From positions 4,389,292-4,453,291 of the forward strand of contig OZ199839.1 in NCBI GenBank assembly GCA_964304625.1: a stretch of DNA of 64,000 bases, written 5' to 3'. Every line of letters starts with the position of its first letter. Position 1 is the first letter of the stretch. The translations under genes were made by a program, and so were the position numbers. Below the pieces are notes generated by a model. That model was not told the origin of the DNA. It did not search any database and saw only the letters and a program-made list of their open reading frames with translations. The DNA is from Kudoa neothunni. Its lineage: Eukaryota; Animalia; Cnidaria. Below are positions 1-13,025 of the stretch, piece by piece.

Positions 1-947
1 ATAATTCTTGGTAGGTTTTCCAACGATGATCGGTTTACGTGCGGATGGGGTAATTATTGATTGTACAATCGTGCCAGTTCCTAACCAGTTAAAAAATATT
101 CACTATAAACTCAAATCGCGCCAACCTGGACCATATTTTCCATCTTGCAAGGGAAATATAGAATCCATATTGGTAGCAATGAACATTATTTCAGGATTCC
201 TGAGATAAGTCATAGCGTCCGTAATTTTCTTTAAACTCAAATGTCGATCGTATCCAACAAGCACAGCTGACACCTATCAAAATTTGAACACGTATATGAA
301 TGATTTCCAGTATTATCTAGAAGAAAATATATACTCCATCAGTAGAAGGTAGCTCAATATCATGCAAATGGATGTGTTCAGCATATTGGTCCGGCTAAAA
401 TAGAATCGCATTAAATTAAATTTCTTCAAAAGAGAAAATACGCCTAAACCAAAATGAGGAATATCAAAATTTTTCAATTCTTCAGACATAGCAGGATTCC
501 CGACAAGATACACCTTTCCAGTTAGATTTAGTTCGCTGATGTATTTGGCTGCAAGAAAAGACGTACAAAAACACTCAGACTATACAAATATATTTTAACA
601 ATCTCTATTAATAATTATATTTTGGTAGTTGAAAACTACTTCGGCAGCTTCAAATCCTCTGTCAATAAGTTTTTTATGAAGACCTTTTCGAGTGGTGGAA
701 TTGTTGTTGGTCACGTATGCAACTTTTTTACCCTTTTAAATTAATCAGATACAATATTTATTATCCACATTGTAATGTAATGCAAAAAACACTTTAGCTT
801 TGAGCATAGAAATCAATTTGGTAGAATACGGAAACACATGCTTTCCACGCCATAAAACCCCTTCATTAATTTATGTTAACGCACAAATAAACTCAAATTA
901 CCATCGCAGTCAAATATAAACGCTGTACAGTTTTTGATGAAACTCAT
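1..947 (-). CDS. PGP: Phosphoglycolate/glycerol-3-phosphate phosphatase-like HAD subfamily IIA hydrolase, multi-exon, 3' end outside the window
   Basis: ATG at 947. Spliced translation over six short GT-AG introns: MSFIKNCTAFIFDCDGVLWRGKHVF...GKKVAYVTNNNSTTRK...KVYLVGNPAMSEEL...VSAVLVGYDRHLSLKK...FIATNMDSIFP...PGTGTIVQSI...IIVGKP. DxDGVLW, TNN, TNxD and GKP are HAD-IIA motifs. Confidence 0.92.
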
Positions 948-3096
948 GTAACCAGTAAACAACGCTTAGGCTCACGTTGCTAGAATCTCGGATCTGACCA
1001 ATCGTCCCTTAATCTTTGGAAAAGAAACGATTACCAACAAGGTCTCAGATCAGTTTGAGACACTTTAAAAAATGGTTTAAAGTTCAATTAAAATCATGTT
1101 TAATGTATACGTTATTCCATTAGCTACTCAATTTTTTGTAAATATATTTTTTGCGCTACCAAAACTTCAAAATTAATGAATTTATTGCAACTTTAGTAAA
1201 TTAGCTATAGAAAACCTATATAATAGTTTTTGGTCAATGCTAAATGAGTAATCTTCCGACGGATAATGTAACCCTAATCCTTTTGATTAATTTTGACGAT
1301 CGTTGATCTAATAGCTTACATCTCATTTTTCATCAAAACATTAAATTTTTCGATGATTTCCATAATTTTTCAAAAACATTTATTCGTTGAAAATTAAACG
1401 GAAACATTACAAAAAAAATGACGCTCATTCCTGTCGACAACGTTAATCGCGGATGTCGGGTCGTACATAGTCGCTGATCCTCGTTTCCAAAAATTAAACA
1501 TTATTTCTTATTTATTTTCCAATTAATTTTATTTTAAAAATTATATTATTAAATTATACGGACCGATTGAATATAAGGGTGAGGCGCAATCACACATAAT
1601 TGAAAATGAGTTGATTTGAAAGTGATTCGCAAAATGGTTGTTTAAATGGTGTTAATTGGACGAGAAACTCGGGTTGGAAATAAAATTTTTTTGATGAGTT
1701 AGAATTTACTCTGATAATAATCAGATATTTGATGAAAAATGAAAATATATGCTAAACTAATGCAGCAATCGCTTAAATGTTGAACTTTCTGAGTATCCTC
1801 AAACCGCGTACTATTCGAGTAAAATGGAGTTCATTTTGATCCAAGATTTTTATATCAATTATTTGTTTAATAATTTATTTCCTAATTATTAAAAAATTAT
1901 CAATAACTCTACTCTAATTATTAAGTGCACGAGCGCACGTAGACACAATGTCTATTTACATTTAAAGTACCCATCACTTTAATTTCATGACTGCTTTTGA
2001 AGGTCTAAGAAAATATCAAAAATGCCTACTGCAAGCGTCTAAAATAATAAATATTTTAATTTGTATATTTGAAAAACAATCTATTCAAAGGAAGAATGCA
2101 ATGATTTACGACTAATATATTACATAGAAAATCCTTCACTTTTTTATTCAACATAAATATTCTTTAATTAAAAATCCAAAGTAATTCTGTCTATTAATAA
2201 TAATATTTTTGGAGGTTCACATCAAAATATATGCAGTGACGCAGGATTATTACGTACTCGAGTCTTTGTGTCAGCAAAACGCGTAGTATTCCTGCACAAC
2301 TGTAGTACAATGTATTATATAAATATTATAAATAATTAAAATAAATATGGAATGCAAAATCGGCTGGAAAAAATGGGGCAGATTATTTTTATATTATCAG
2401 TTCTTGGCGTTCCACAAATGGTCTCACTCTGGAGAAAATTCATGATATTTACCGCAAGTGTCTTAATTTTAATAAAAATCCTCAAATTTTTATTTTGTTC
2501 GATGAGTGAATTAATAACTTATTTGTAAGAATTCTCATTAGTTTCCTTTAAATATAAAGGTCTCATTTATCAACGTCGTTAATTCCAATGCCATCGTCAC
2601 TTCTACAAAAATACTACCCGCCAAAACAATGAAGATTTTTACAATTATGCAAATTTTGATGAATAAAGTTTGTTTTAATTTTATTATTTTTCAGTAAGTT
2701 AAATTTTGAAATAGAAAAATGGAGCCCTAATGAACCCCATTTTACTCGGAAAGTTGATAAATACGACAACTATTAGTTTATTTATAGATTTTTCTTGTAA
2801 CCCAAAATATAATTATTAATACTTTAAAAATTAAAGGTAATGCTAATTGTGTCCTTAAATAAATATCTGTAGATTTTGCATTTTATTTAATTTTCAGAGA
2901 GAAACAATGAAGCTAAAGTGAGTGTATTTTTCATCATTGCTTATACTTAGTAGCAGAATTGGGAACAAATGAACTTAAAAGATTCACTTTATGATAACCT
3001 CATAATGTATGAAATATAAATTAAGGGGGATTAGATTTTTGAATTTTGTTATAGCATCGGACTAGTTCGTTGTTGGCAAGCTTTTTTGCCACGGCG

Positions 3097-3348
3097 ATGG
3101 CATCTTCAGTTAGTCTTATTTTAGTTGGTTTCTATAGTGATAAAATTTTCTAGACTCAAAATAATAAGTTTTTAAATAGAAAGCAACGCGAGATGTGTTA
3201 TCAATATAGAGATAAGTTGTTTGAATGTCTGGATAGCACGAATGACAACTACAAGCAATGTGAAGATGCAAGAAAAGAAGCGTTAAAGTATTGTCCTGAG
3301 ACATGGCTGGCTCTCTTTGTCGAGAAAAGAGCTTCAAATAGAACTTGA
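3097..3348 (+). CDS. COA6: Cytochrome c oxidase assembly factor 6 (COX6B-like twin Cys-motif protein), 2 exons
   Basis: Exon 3097-3108, intron 3109-3153, exon 3154-3348: MASSTQNNKFLNRKQREMCYQYRDKLFECLDSTNDNYKQCEDARKEALKYCPETWLALFVEKRASNRT*. Shows CX9C-X10-CX10C spacing plus the R..C...RD and CP..W...F..KR pattern of COA6. The first exon is less certain. Confidence 0.85.
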
Positions 3349-3568
3349 CATCGTTTATAGGATATTGTTTTTAACTTTGAAATGTTTTATGGGTTTGCGC
3401 TTTAAATTCATTTATTGGGTAGGATTTTAAGGATAGGAGTGACTTAAATAGTTTAGATAGAGGTGTGATATATTTGATACAATTTGAAAGCGTTCACTGT
3501 CCTAAGTGTGATATCAATTAAATTTTAAATTAAATATTGAATTTTTATTGTTTGGCAATATATCCTTG

Positions 3569-6500
3569 ATGGACCTTGCATACATTTTGATTTATTTTGC
3601 ATTATGCCAACTCAATACATTACTATTTTTCCCAGTTGTTGAAGCGGCAACTCCTGCGATGAGAGATATTCGTGAATTTTCATCAGCTGGCGCTTCTTCT
3701 AGAAATACTCGTTATGGTTATTATTAGTCTTGCAGTTCATGCTTTCTAATAGAACGTAGGAAATAATTTATTTTCAAAAAAAAGTTTGGATTTTGATCCA
3801 GAGGATGAAATAATGTACAATAGTGAAGATTTCGAAAAGTCAATGGAAGAATTTCCATCCTACAACGAATATTATGATACAAAGGTTCGTTATTATCGTT
3901 TTTATTAATTTTAATAGACTGGATCTGACAAATTTTTTAAAAATGTGGATGTTTTATATTTTAAAAATAGGAATAAATTTAAATTCATATAATATAAGTT
4001 GGTTTTAAACAAATTTGTTTATCAATATTATTTTAGAAAACTCTGTATGAAAATAATAACGTTGATGCTGCAAAAAAGGACGTTGTAAATAGCATCCCCG
4101 AGGTTAAATCAAGTTCCAATATGTGTGATGTTAATAAAAATTCTAACGAATGCTTATGCGAGAGAAGTTGCCTTCCTAACTTAGTGCACAATTTCTCCCC
4201 TTGTCAATGCATAGAAATTTTAAATGATCAGCCAAGTGACACAGAATATCTTCGTAATGATCATCAACAGTTCAACAATAAAATAATGAATTATTTACCC
4301 ACACCTTCGGTTGACGTAGAGAAAAAGTTAACTTATAGCACGAGCCCCTACACGGCTAATACTATGTTGTCGGTTTGTGAACGTGCCTGTATACCACACA
4401 AACCTTTGTCTCAATCACCTTGTCTTTGCGATGTAGAAGGAAGCTACAAAAATAATGTATATTATTGTGTTGAATTTCTTATTTTATTTGTGATCTTGAT
4501 AGAATTATGACAACTTTATGTCCCCAATGAAATATTCCTATGTACCATCATCATTATCTACGCCACTCTCAAGTGGAACACCATACCAATCGTCATACCA
4601 ATATAGTTCTTACCCTTATCAGTCGGCAAATGCCTACAACACTTTGAGCTACAATTATCCCGTGGCCACCAGTTATAATCCTGATACAAATATCTATCCC
4701 TCTGCTTACCTTCAAAAAAACAATGACGGGCAATACAGCAGTGGCTATACGAATCAGCCCATCGCAGACACTATGGTAAAATGTAAAAAAGCCTGTTTCC
4801 CATTTGTGGTTCAAACGTCTAATCCATGCAGTTGTGACTTTAATTCGTACAAGTCCCCTTATAACCAAGATGGTAGCGGTGGTTCTCAGTATTCATCTTC
4901 ATTCATCCGTTCGTCAACCGCCAGTGATGTAGACCCTGCTTATGATACATTACAACCAGCTAGAAAGCCACAATCGTACAATAAGCCTATATCTCCATCT
5001 GAAGATACCTATGGAAGTTATGAACCTGGAATTCCTCGAAAGGAAAGTTATCCAGACAATCATCATAGAAAAATTTCATATAGTAACTTGGCGTAGGTTG
5101 ACTCTTCTAATAGGTTGATATACTTCTATAGCTGTGCCTCGCTATCTTGGATGTTTTAAGGATGAAAAAGAGCATGGGCGTGATCTCAAGATTGATGTTC
5201 CCATTGAGAAATTAACGATTGATAAATGTGTAAAAAAATGTCGCAATAAGAAAAAAAGATTCGCTGGTGTTCAATATGGATATTTGTGCTTTTGTGGAAG
5301 TAGGTTTGGTCGCTACGGTAAGGCTGACAACCAAAATTGCACCACCCAGTGTGTGGGTGATCGTACTCAAATGTGTGGGGGTCCTTGGTTTAATTCAATT
5401 TATTCTACCGGTAATTATATTATGTTGGATATTAACATAATTCTGGGTAATAGACGGTCAAAGGTATAGTGAAACACAGTTTTCATTTTCCACCCCTGAT
5501 TCCATGGACGAAATCAAGGCAGAGGAGGAAAAACATAAACTTACCAACAAAGCTAAAATACGTCATATAAAAACATCTAAATCAGCTTCAAAATCTAACA
5601 AAAAGAATAAGCTACATAAAAATTCGAAAAATCTTTTAAAAACAACCCGAAAATTAAAAATTAAAGACAACATCGAAGTAGCCACAAAATCACCCGTAAT
5701 CGGCAGTGAAACACAAGACGGTAAGAATTATTAAAATATTTTTGAAATAATTTTCTTCTTAAAGCTGCTAAAAAAGCTTACGAGGGAACTCCAAAAGAAA
5801 GCGTAACGACAAGCAAATTAAGTACGCTCTCTCGCTCTACGAAATAATGTAAATCGATAATTCACATAGATCTTGAAAATATTAAAAAGAAGCTTAAAAG
5901 CCTCTGGAATAAAACCATCGAAAAAAGTAGTCCACCCGTGTTTGAACTATCTAAACTTAATGACGATGACTCCCCGTTCTATAAAACTTCAAACAACAAC
6001 CCCTCCACTTTATCACTGAATGAAACAGATATGGTCGGGAAACCCAGCGAAAATGGCTCAAATCAAATGGAGAGTATGTTTTTTTGTTTAAAATACAAAA
6101 TAATATCATAAATTATCATCCACTGATTTTAAACTAGTTTTGTTATGGTGTAATCAAAAATAAAGAATTACTTAACTTTGTATTCCAATCTATATTTAGG
6201 CGAAAATTTTTATTTCTGTTTAGCTCTATATAATTTAGTATAATACACTTATGGCAATCACATAATGTCCTATCACAGATTTAAAAACAGTTATTCTTTA
6301 AAATTAGGTTACGCTGAATCTTCAATTCGCACCATTTGAATTCATAAGTAATAATATATGAAATATAATGAATAATATTTAGACGTCGAAAAGGAGGAAG
6401 ATAATGAAAATGACGAAACTCCTCAAGAGGAAGTTAAAGAAAAGGAGAATGAATCCAACTTAACCGATGAAAACGACAAGGAGGATTATGTCAACAATTC

Positions 6501-6687
6501 GGATGATTCAGTAACAACAGTGGCACCAGCAAACGTTTCAACTGAAGATAATAATGATAATGAGGATTCGCCGTCTGATGAGGACAATAATAATAAAGAT
6601 GAAAAACAATGGGTGAAGACCAACGAAACTAATAGTGAGGATGATAATGATGAAACTGACAGTGACGAAAAAAATTTTAAAGTCTAA
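3569..6687 (+). CDS. Secreted protein with three CX3CXPX7PCXC repeats, Tyr/Ser-rich region, WSC domain, Lys-rich segment and acidic tail (about 9 exons)
   Basis: Signal-peptide-like start MDLAYILIYFALCQLNTLLFFPVVEA. ORFs 4121, 4518, 5134 and 5504 join in frame through short GT-AG introns. WSC domain YLGCFKD...LTIDKCVKKC...FAGVQYGYLCFCG...CTTQCVGDRTQMCGGPWFNSIY. Final Asp/Glu/Asn-rich exon 6383-6687 ends in TAA. Confidence 0.8.
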
Positions 6688-7831
6688 TGTCTCCAAAAAT
6701 AATTTATTAGTCCATATTAAACTATATAAAATATAATTTTGATTGTTATTCCCATTATTTTTTTTAATATTCTTAAATGATAGATAATACAAATAGTATA
6801 AATACTTGGATAGCAATTATTAATTCTTTTCTCATATAATAAATAGGTTGACTGTCTCAAATGCTAAGACATTTTTCAAATCATAATTTATTTTGTTTTA
6901 AAAATTTTACTGAACAACTCTCTGAATCAATTTTATGAAAATAAATTTATAGTAAATAATGGGATGTTCATGAATAAAGTTTTAAACATTGACGATCCCA
7001 AATGAATCTGATAAACAATTATAGAATGGAATTAAATATAATATTATCTCATGAATAACGAAATTTCGTAAATATTTGATCTTTAACTTTGTTTGGTGGT
7101 TTTTTTGATAACGAAGACTTAAGAACTTTCCCAATGAAGCTAAATTATTTGGTGTCTATTCTTCGTCAAATTATCAAACAAACAACAGGTGCCATTATAT
7201 CTCATACCAATAAGTGCAAAATAATCAAGTTATGTAAATTTTATCTAATATTTTAATCATAAATATTGGTAGGCTAATAAGCCAGTTCTTTCCATTTAAT
7301 ATTTTGTGTAAATTGATTACCGAACGCTTAACAAATAAGTAAAATATTCAATTTTGTGAGAATATAATAAAGTTGAACTAAGAAACATCACTCTATTTAT
7401 TAAAAATTATAAATTCATATTACTCTCAACTATTAAAGTTATTTCTAAGGTTATTTTAAAGTATATGCGAAGGAAAATTTATTGAGATGCATAAACGAAA
7501 CTAATCACAATATTTAGCTCATATTTTAAGGTAACACTCGGTAGATTATTTTTTATTTCACGTAAATATCTCAATAAGTAATAAAACACATTATTCATCC
7601 TAACCATGATTATAATTTTGAATTTGAGAATTTTTATTTCTCAATCGATTGTCATCGTATAAAAATTAGTTTGAATTTCCACAATTTTTAAAGTTTTCAA
7701 CTGGGTTGAATATATATGGAAATTTTTTAAAGGAATTTACATTTATACCTGATAATTGCGATCTATCCTTATTTCAAAACAAGATTATTTGTATAATATA
7801 TTATGTAAATCTCCATAATGGGATTAAGCTG

Positions 7832-7903
7832 GGCCTGGTGGTCTAGGGGTATGATACTTGCTTTGGGTGCAAGTGGTCCCGGGTTCAAATCCCGGCCAGG
7901 CCC
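7832..7903 (+). tRNA. tRNA-Pro (anticodon TGG)
   Basis: 72 nt GGCCTGG TGGTCTAGGGGTATGATA CTTGC TTTGGGT GCAAG TGGTC CCGGG TTCAAAT CCCGG CCAGGCC C. Acceptor, anticodon and T stems pair; canonical eukaryotic tRNA-Pro D arm. Confidence 0.97.
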
Positions 7904-7910
7904 GAATGGC

Positions 7911-7915
7911 TTTTT
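7911..7915 (+). terminator. RNA polymerase III T-run terminator of tRNA-Pro
   Basis: TTTTT 7 nt after the tRNA 3' end. Confidence 0.6.
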
Positions 7916-10900
7916 GCTTATTTTATTTATTCTAAGTCTAGAAATTCTTTATCACATATCACATTTTGACATGAATTTTTACATTTCGGTCCATAACAGT
8001 AAATACTTCATAATAGAAGTAATATTGAATCGATTGAGTATATTAATGAAATGTCTTATAGGCCATAATTTAATTCCAAATGGTTTGTTAGTCTTGATTA
8101 GAACGAATTCTATATTTTCAACTGTATATGTAACCTTGAAAATAAGAGCTGCAGTGACTAATTAAAGTAGTTTTCGGTACACATATTTAAGATTGTATTG
8201 AGGTAGACCGATAGACACAGCTTCATACAAAAAATTATATTTCTTATTCATATTTATGTTTTATCTATCATTTTAAATAAACTATAGTTGTGATGATTAA
8301 TATTTATTTTGTAAAATTTAATTTCCCCTAAATATCATTCAAATATAAGTTTACTATGTTAAAGCGAAATCAAATTCAAGGTTTGGTTTCGGCCCCATTT
8401 TCGCAAATAGAATAATCCCTTTATAAACAATATTTTCAATTATTTATACTTGTAATAAACGAAATATTGCACTTTCCTTTTAATTATGACGATGGAAGTA
8501 GGAATATAATAAAATATTTTTTGATTATATGTTCACCAGAGGACCATTCCTCTTTATTAGATTATTAGTTTGCTATATAATAAAATGGTACGTAGTATTT
8601 TATAAAATACTCTCAAGAAAAATCATTTCTGATACCAAAATCATTAACGTTTAAATAATTGTCAATTGATTTCAAATCCTACATTATTTCTATATGTTTA
8701 AAATGAGTAGTTTAAACAATAATATGCGTATGAATTTAGGTAATATTATATCTTGTTAATCAAAAACTTTTTGTTAGTATTAAAAAGTGATGGGTGTTTC
8801 TAAGAGATCGCAAAAATCTAATTTAACAAAAAACAGATTGATTGGCTCGAATTCACCCTAAAACTTTTCAACCATAATATCAAATATATATAAGTGAAAG
8901 TATTAAATTTTATATTTTTTATTTAATCACTGACTGAACTTTTTTTTACTCTTTTTTTTTTTATATTAATAAGTTTATTCAGTAAGACATAAAATTAATA
9001 TTCATATTTTATTACGATCTTATCCATTAAACAATAACTTTCGGAACTATTTTCCATTACTACCAAAATATTTCTCGAACTGTATTCATTTTGTAAAATT
9101 GTCATATTTAACGTTACTTTCTCTTATCATAGACGTATTACATACACAAAATAAAGAATTTTGGTATACTATTGGTATAAAATACATGTTGCTAATTAAT
9201 AAAATATTCAATATTTTTTCAATCCATTGATAATCTAACAACTATTTACTTCGTTAAAACTAAAATCATATAGTTAACATTACAGTTTTACAACAAATTA
9301 ATGTTAAGTAAAGATTTTTTTCCTTTAACCTCGTCGATGGTTTTAAAATAATGATTTAAACATAGTGGCAACAATAAGTGATTCTGCGTTATAATATTTG
9401 AATTATCCAAGTGAGCTAATAAATAATTATTCTGCGAGCGAATTGAAAGGTATGAACTGATTATTAACACAAATATTGAACACATCTGTAACGCTATAAA
9501 TTTTTAATTTTGTTTAATGATTATTAAGTAAATTAACGAGTATTTTTACAGCCAGGAGAAAAAAATTATCTAATTTCTATCGTATCGATCTTGTGAGGCT
9601 AGCTTGCCGTTTTTGATACACTAGGATATTCCTGATATATTTTTAAATGTAGTTAATAATAATAATAGTTCTTACGTATATAACTTAAATACATCCTTCT
9701 AATATAAATATTATAGACTTAGAATATAACATCTTCATCCTTACACCAAATAATTTCGAAATAATGAGTCATTGGAACTCAAAAGGGAATATATTTTTTG
9801 TTAATGCATAAATGTCTATATCGGTTTAATATCTATATATAGATAAAATCCTTTGTTTGCCCGTGTGTGGGTGTCCATAAGTACGCATGTGCGACAAAAT
9901 TTGTTTCCTTATAGACAAATATTTATGAATTTTCTAATCATTAAAAATATAGGACAAAGTATTTTAAAAGTAAAAATGAAATACTTATTTTCCTGGTTTT
10001 AAATTCGTTGGCTGGATTAAAAGAAGTTTCATTATAGGATTATCCTCCATGCAACAAGATTAAAACTTTATTAAGTAAGAATAAAATCACTTATTTCAGG
10101 GTGATGGATGAAGTTAATGTTGTTGTTACATGTTATAATCAAACGTTGATTTAATATTTTCATCAATCTGTATACAGAAATTAGGTGTGCATTTTATAAG
10201 ATGAACGCAATTACATTCCTTATATATATGACTCATAAATATATTTTATTTGACAAGCACACCTTAATACTTTATATTAATTGTTTCAATGCAATAAAAT
10301 GGATTAAATCTGCTTATTTAATGCTGGATTGGTAACGCATATCATAATTAGGTCGATTAAAGCTTTAGAATTTTAGGTTTACAACCTTAGATTTAATTGA
10401 AGCAGCATGTTAAATTACACTTATAGCAATTAGATTCAATAACAACGTTTTATTTTTACTTTACCCGACTATTCAATAATTTAGGTGGAAATTTTTGTTG
10501 CGTAACTATACTGTACTCAACCGTATATTATAGCTTATATCGGATCAAGTGTCATTAATTTGAGCTAAAAAATTAGTTTACTTAAGTCACTTTCTAACTT
10601 AATAATTGTAGTTATTTTTGAGCCCCGTAAAATTACCTTAATTTTAATTTCATTAATCACAATTTTTAGAAGTACAGTAGATAACTAATTTAGTTAGAAT
10701 ATTGATTAGTCATTGCTTATATAATATGTTTCTTATAATATTTCAATCAAAAATTTTATAAAAATTATTTTAAAAAGTTGCTAAATAATGTAACTAAAAG
10801 TGACGTGATTTCCTAATTTCACACACTTTATTTCGGGTACTTCTTGTTTATTATTCAGTTAAGTCAATATTTAATACCAAAAACTCCTATAACTATACCT

Positions 10901-11389
10901 ATTGCCGAATAGTACAATATTACTTATTATTATGAAACTCTCCAATGTAATGACCCAAAAACTATCACTACATCACGTTTTTAAATATCTATTATCTCAA
11001 CTCCTAATGGCATCCTAGAGATGAAAAATATAATAATCAAAACCTATAAATGTTTTTAGAATCTAAAAATAGAAATTATCTGCATGTAGGTCAGTTTAAT
11101 TCTGTAGATAAAGGTGTAAATGAGTGGACTTGGTGGACACGAAGCAAAAAGATTGTATTAAGCATCGTCACGATAATCATCAAGAGAAATCAAGTAACAA
11201 AAGAAAAAGGTTTACCTTCATGTGCAATTCGTGGTAGGTTTCGCTCTTTTAAAAAAAAGTTCCAACATTAAAAAATCAAATTTGATTAATTAATCTATCG
11301 ATGCTACGCCTGATACTGTTACAGAGTAAATCAATCAAATCAGAACATTTTTTAAAAGATACTCTGAAATTTTTATTTACAATGTAGGC

Positions 11390-12809
11390 CAGTGTTTCCC
11401 TACAAATTTTACACCCGTACTCCCACCCTAATTTCCGCGTTCACTTCGCACCCCCTCCTCCATGTGAAAGTCAACACTCAATTATACTTTTTACTTAAAT
11501 GCGAAAATAATAATACCAATGAAGAATGTCTTTAAAATATAATTGTATTATTTTTGTCTTTATTTGAACTTGAAAATTTTCCCCAATTACTTCTAAAATA
11601 AATTAAAAAAAATATTTTGGTTAATTAAATTTTCTATGCATGATTGAAAAAAGATGAACGTTATCTTTTCATTACTCATGACTTAACATTCAATGATTGG
11701 AGTTATTATTCATTCCAGCTTATATATACCATTTTGATGTAAAGTAATAAATGATTTTAATAAATTATGTTATTAGAATTAATACAAAATATTAGACGCA
11801 TGAAATAAGTAAAAGTGTAATACTAAACTATAAAAAGTATTGTCGCTTAATAAGTTCTGTACTTAAAGGTGAAAATTAAATAAGCCAAATAAAAAGAGCC
11901 AATTCGTATAGTTCACAAGAAACATTATTTCAAAATAAATTGTCACTTAGTATTTATTTGATCTTACGACTCTCTTGCTCTCGCCGGTTTTTCATAAGTA
12001 ATTCAAAGCAGGACATTTTGTTGGACTATGAAACATGAAAATGGTTTCCGGTGTTTAATGAATTCCAATATTTATTATTTGTGTATAATGAAGTTGATAA
12101 GCTTGTTTCATATGCTATCTTGTGCTGAATAAATCTAGCGACTTCCTTATTCTATATTGAGTCATATGTAAACTTAAATTTTGAGACAGTAGGTTAATAA
12201 AAATTCCATAGATTCAAAAAATATTCCTTCTAAATATACTTTAAAAAAATTAATATATATTGTTAAAAGTGATATTCATTTATTTATGTGTATAAATGAA
12301 TGATTTGATCCTTATTTTACGTACACTTTAAAGAACAATTTAAATTAGATTTATATCAGAGGCGAGGTACAAATTCGAAAGTAAAATTTGAAACTAAACA
12401 TAATAAAAATTATACGATTAAATGATGGATCTCAAACTTAGACAGAAGACAAAGTTAAAATTACATCGTGGTTTTATTTTTATGGATATAGTTTATTTCT
12501 AAGTAGATAAAAATGGCGAAAGTTAAATTTTTTAGCTGAACAGGCTTAATATAAACTATCACCTTACTGCACTATTTCGTAGAATAAATTATAAATTAAA
12601 TAACTTATCATATCCCATTTTTGGAATCGAAACTAAATGATATCAAAACAACCAGATAAAGTATTGCACGCATTACGTTCTTACATGATTTAAACGGGGA
12701 CTAACGAAAATTACGAAGTAAATAAATTAAGATTAATTTTTAAATTTATTCTTGAACGACTCTCGCACCACCAATGATGGTTCTTCGCATCCCCTGTAGG
12801 GAAGCACTG
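11390..12809. mobile_element. Non-autonomous hAT (Buster/Charlie-type) element
   Basis: TIRs CAGTGTTTCCCTACA and TGTAGGGAAGCACTG (14/15). 8-bp TSD ATGTAGGC / ATGTAGAC with a central TA. No recognisable ORF inside. Confidence 0.85.
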
Positions 12810-13025
12810 ATGTAGACGAACTGCCTTATTCTACCGATGGCAACAAGGGAAGTATTTCATAAATCGTTGAAAAATATTGTGCTGTTAACACGTTTCTCGA
12901 GTTTTAATTATTTTTTAAAAATCAATATATAGTTAACTGGTCTTTTTAGACGCAATTTAATAATTTTTAAATGCCAATTTTTTCTGAAATGTTTGCGCAC
13001 GTGAGTGTGTGAAATTAGGTGTGAC

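Noticed and set aside
1297-1772. Imperfect inverted repeat (TCATTTTTCATCAAA / TTTGATGAAAAATGA)
   Set aside because: AT-rich core, ends and TSD undefined; at most a very old MITE.
6538-6816. Hydrophobic minus-strand ORF resembling a membrane protein
   Set aside because: Antisense of the GAT/AAT-rich acidic last exon of the WSC gene plus 3' UTR.
7818-8165. 115-aa ORF MGLSWAWWSRG...
   Set aside because: Its start is the tRNA-Pro gene read as codons, followed by AT-rich noise.
9832-9900. A|TCTATATATAGATAAAA... resembling a Helitron 5' end
   Set aside because: No matching 3' hairpin plus CTRR end and no Rep/helicase remnant found.
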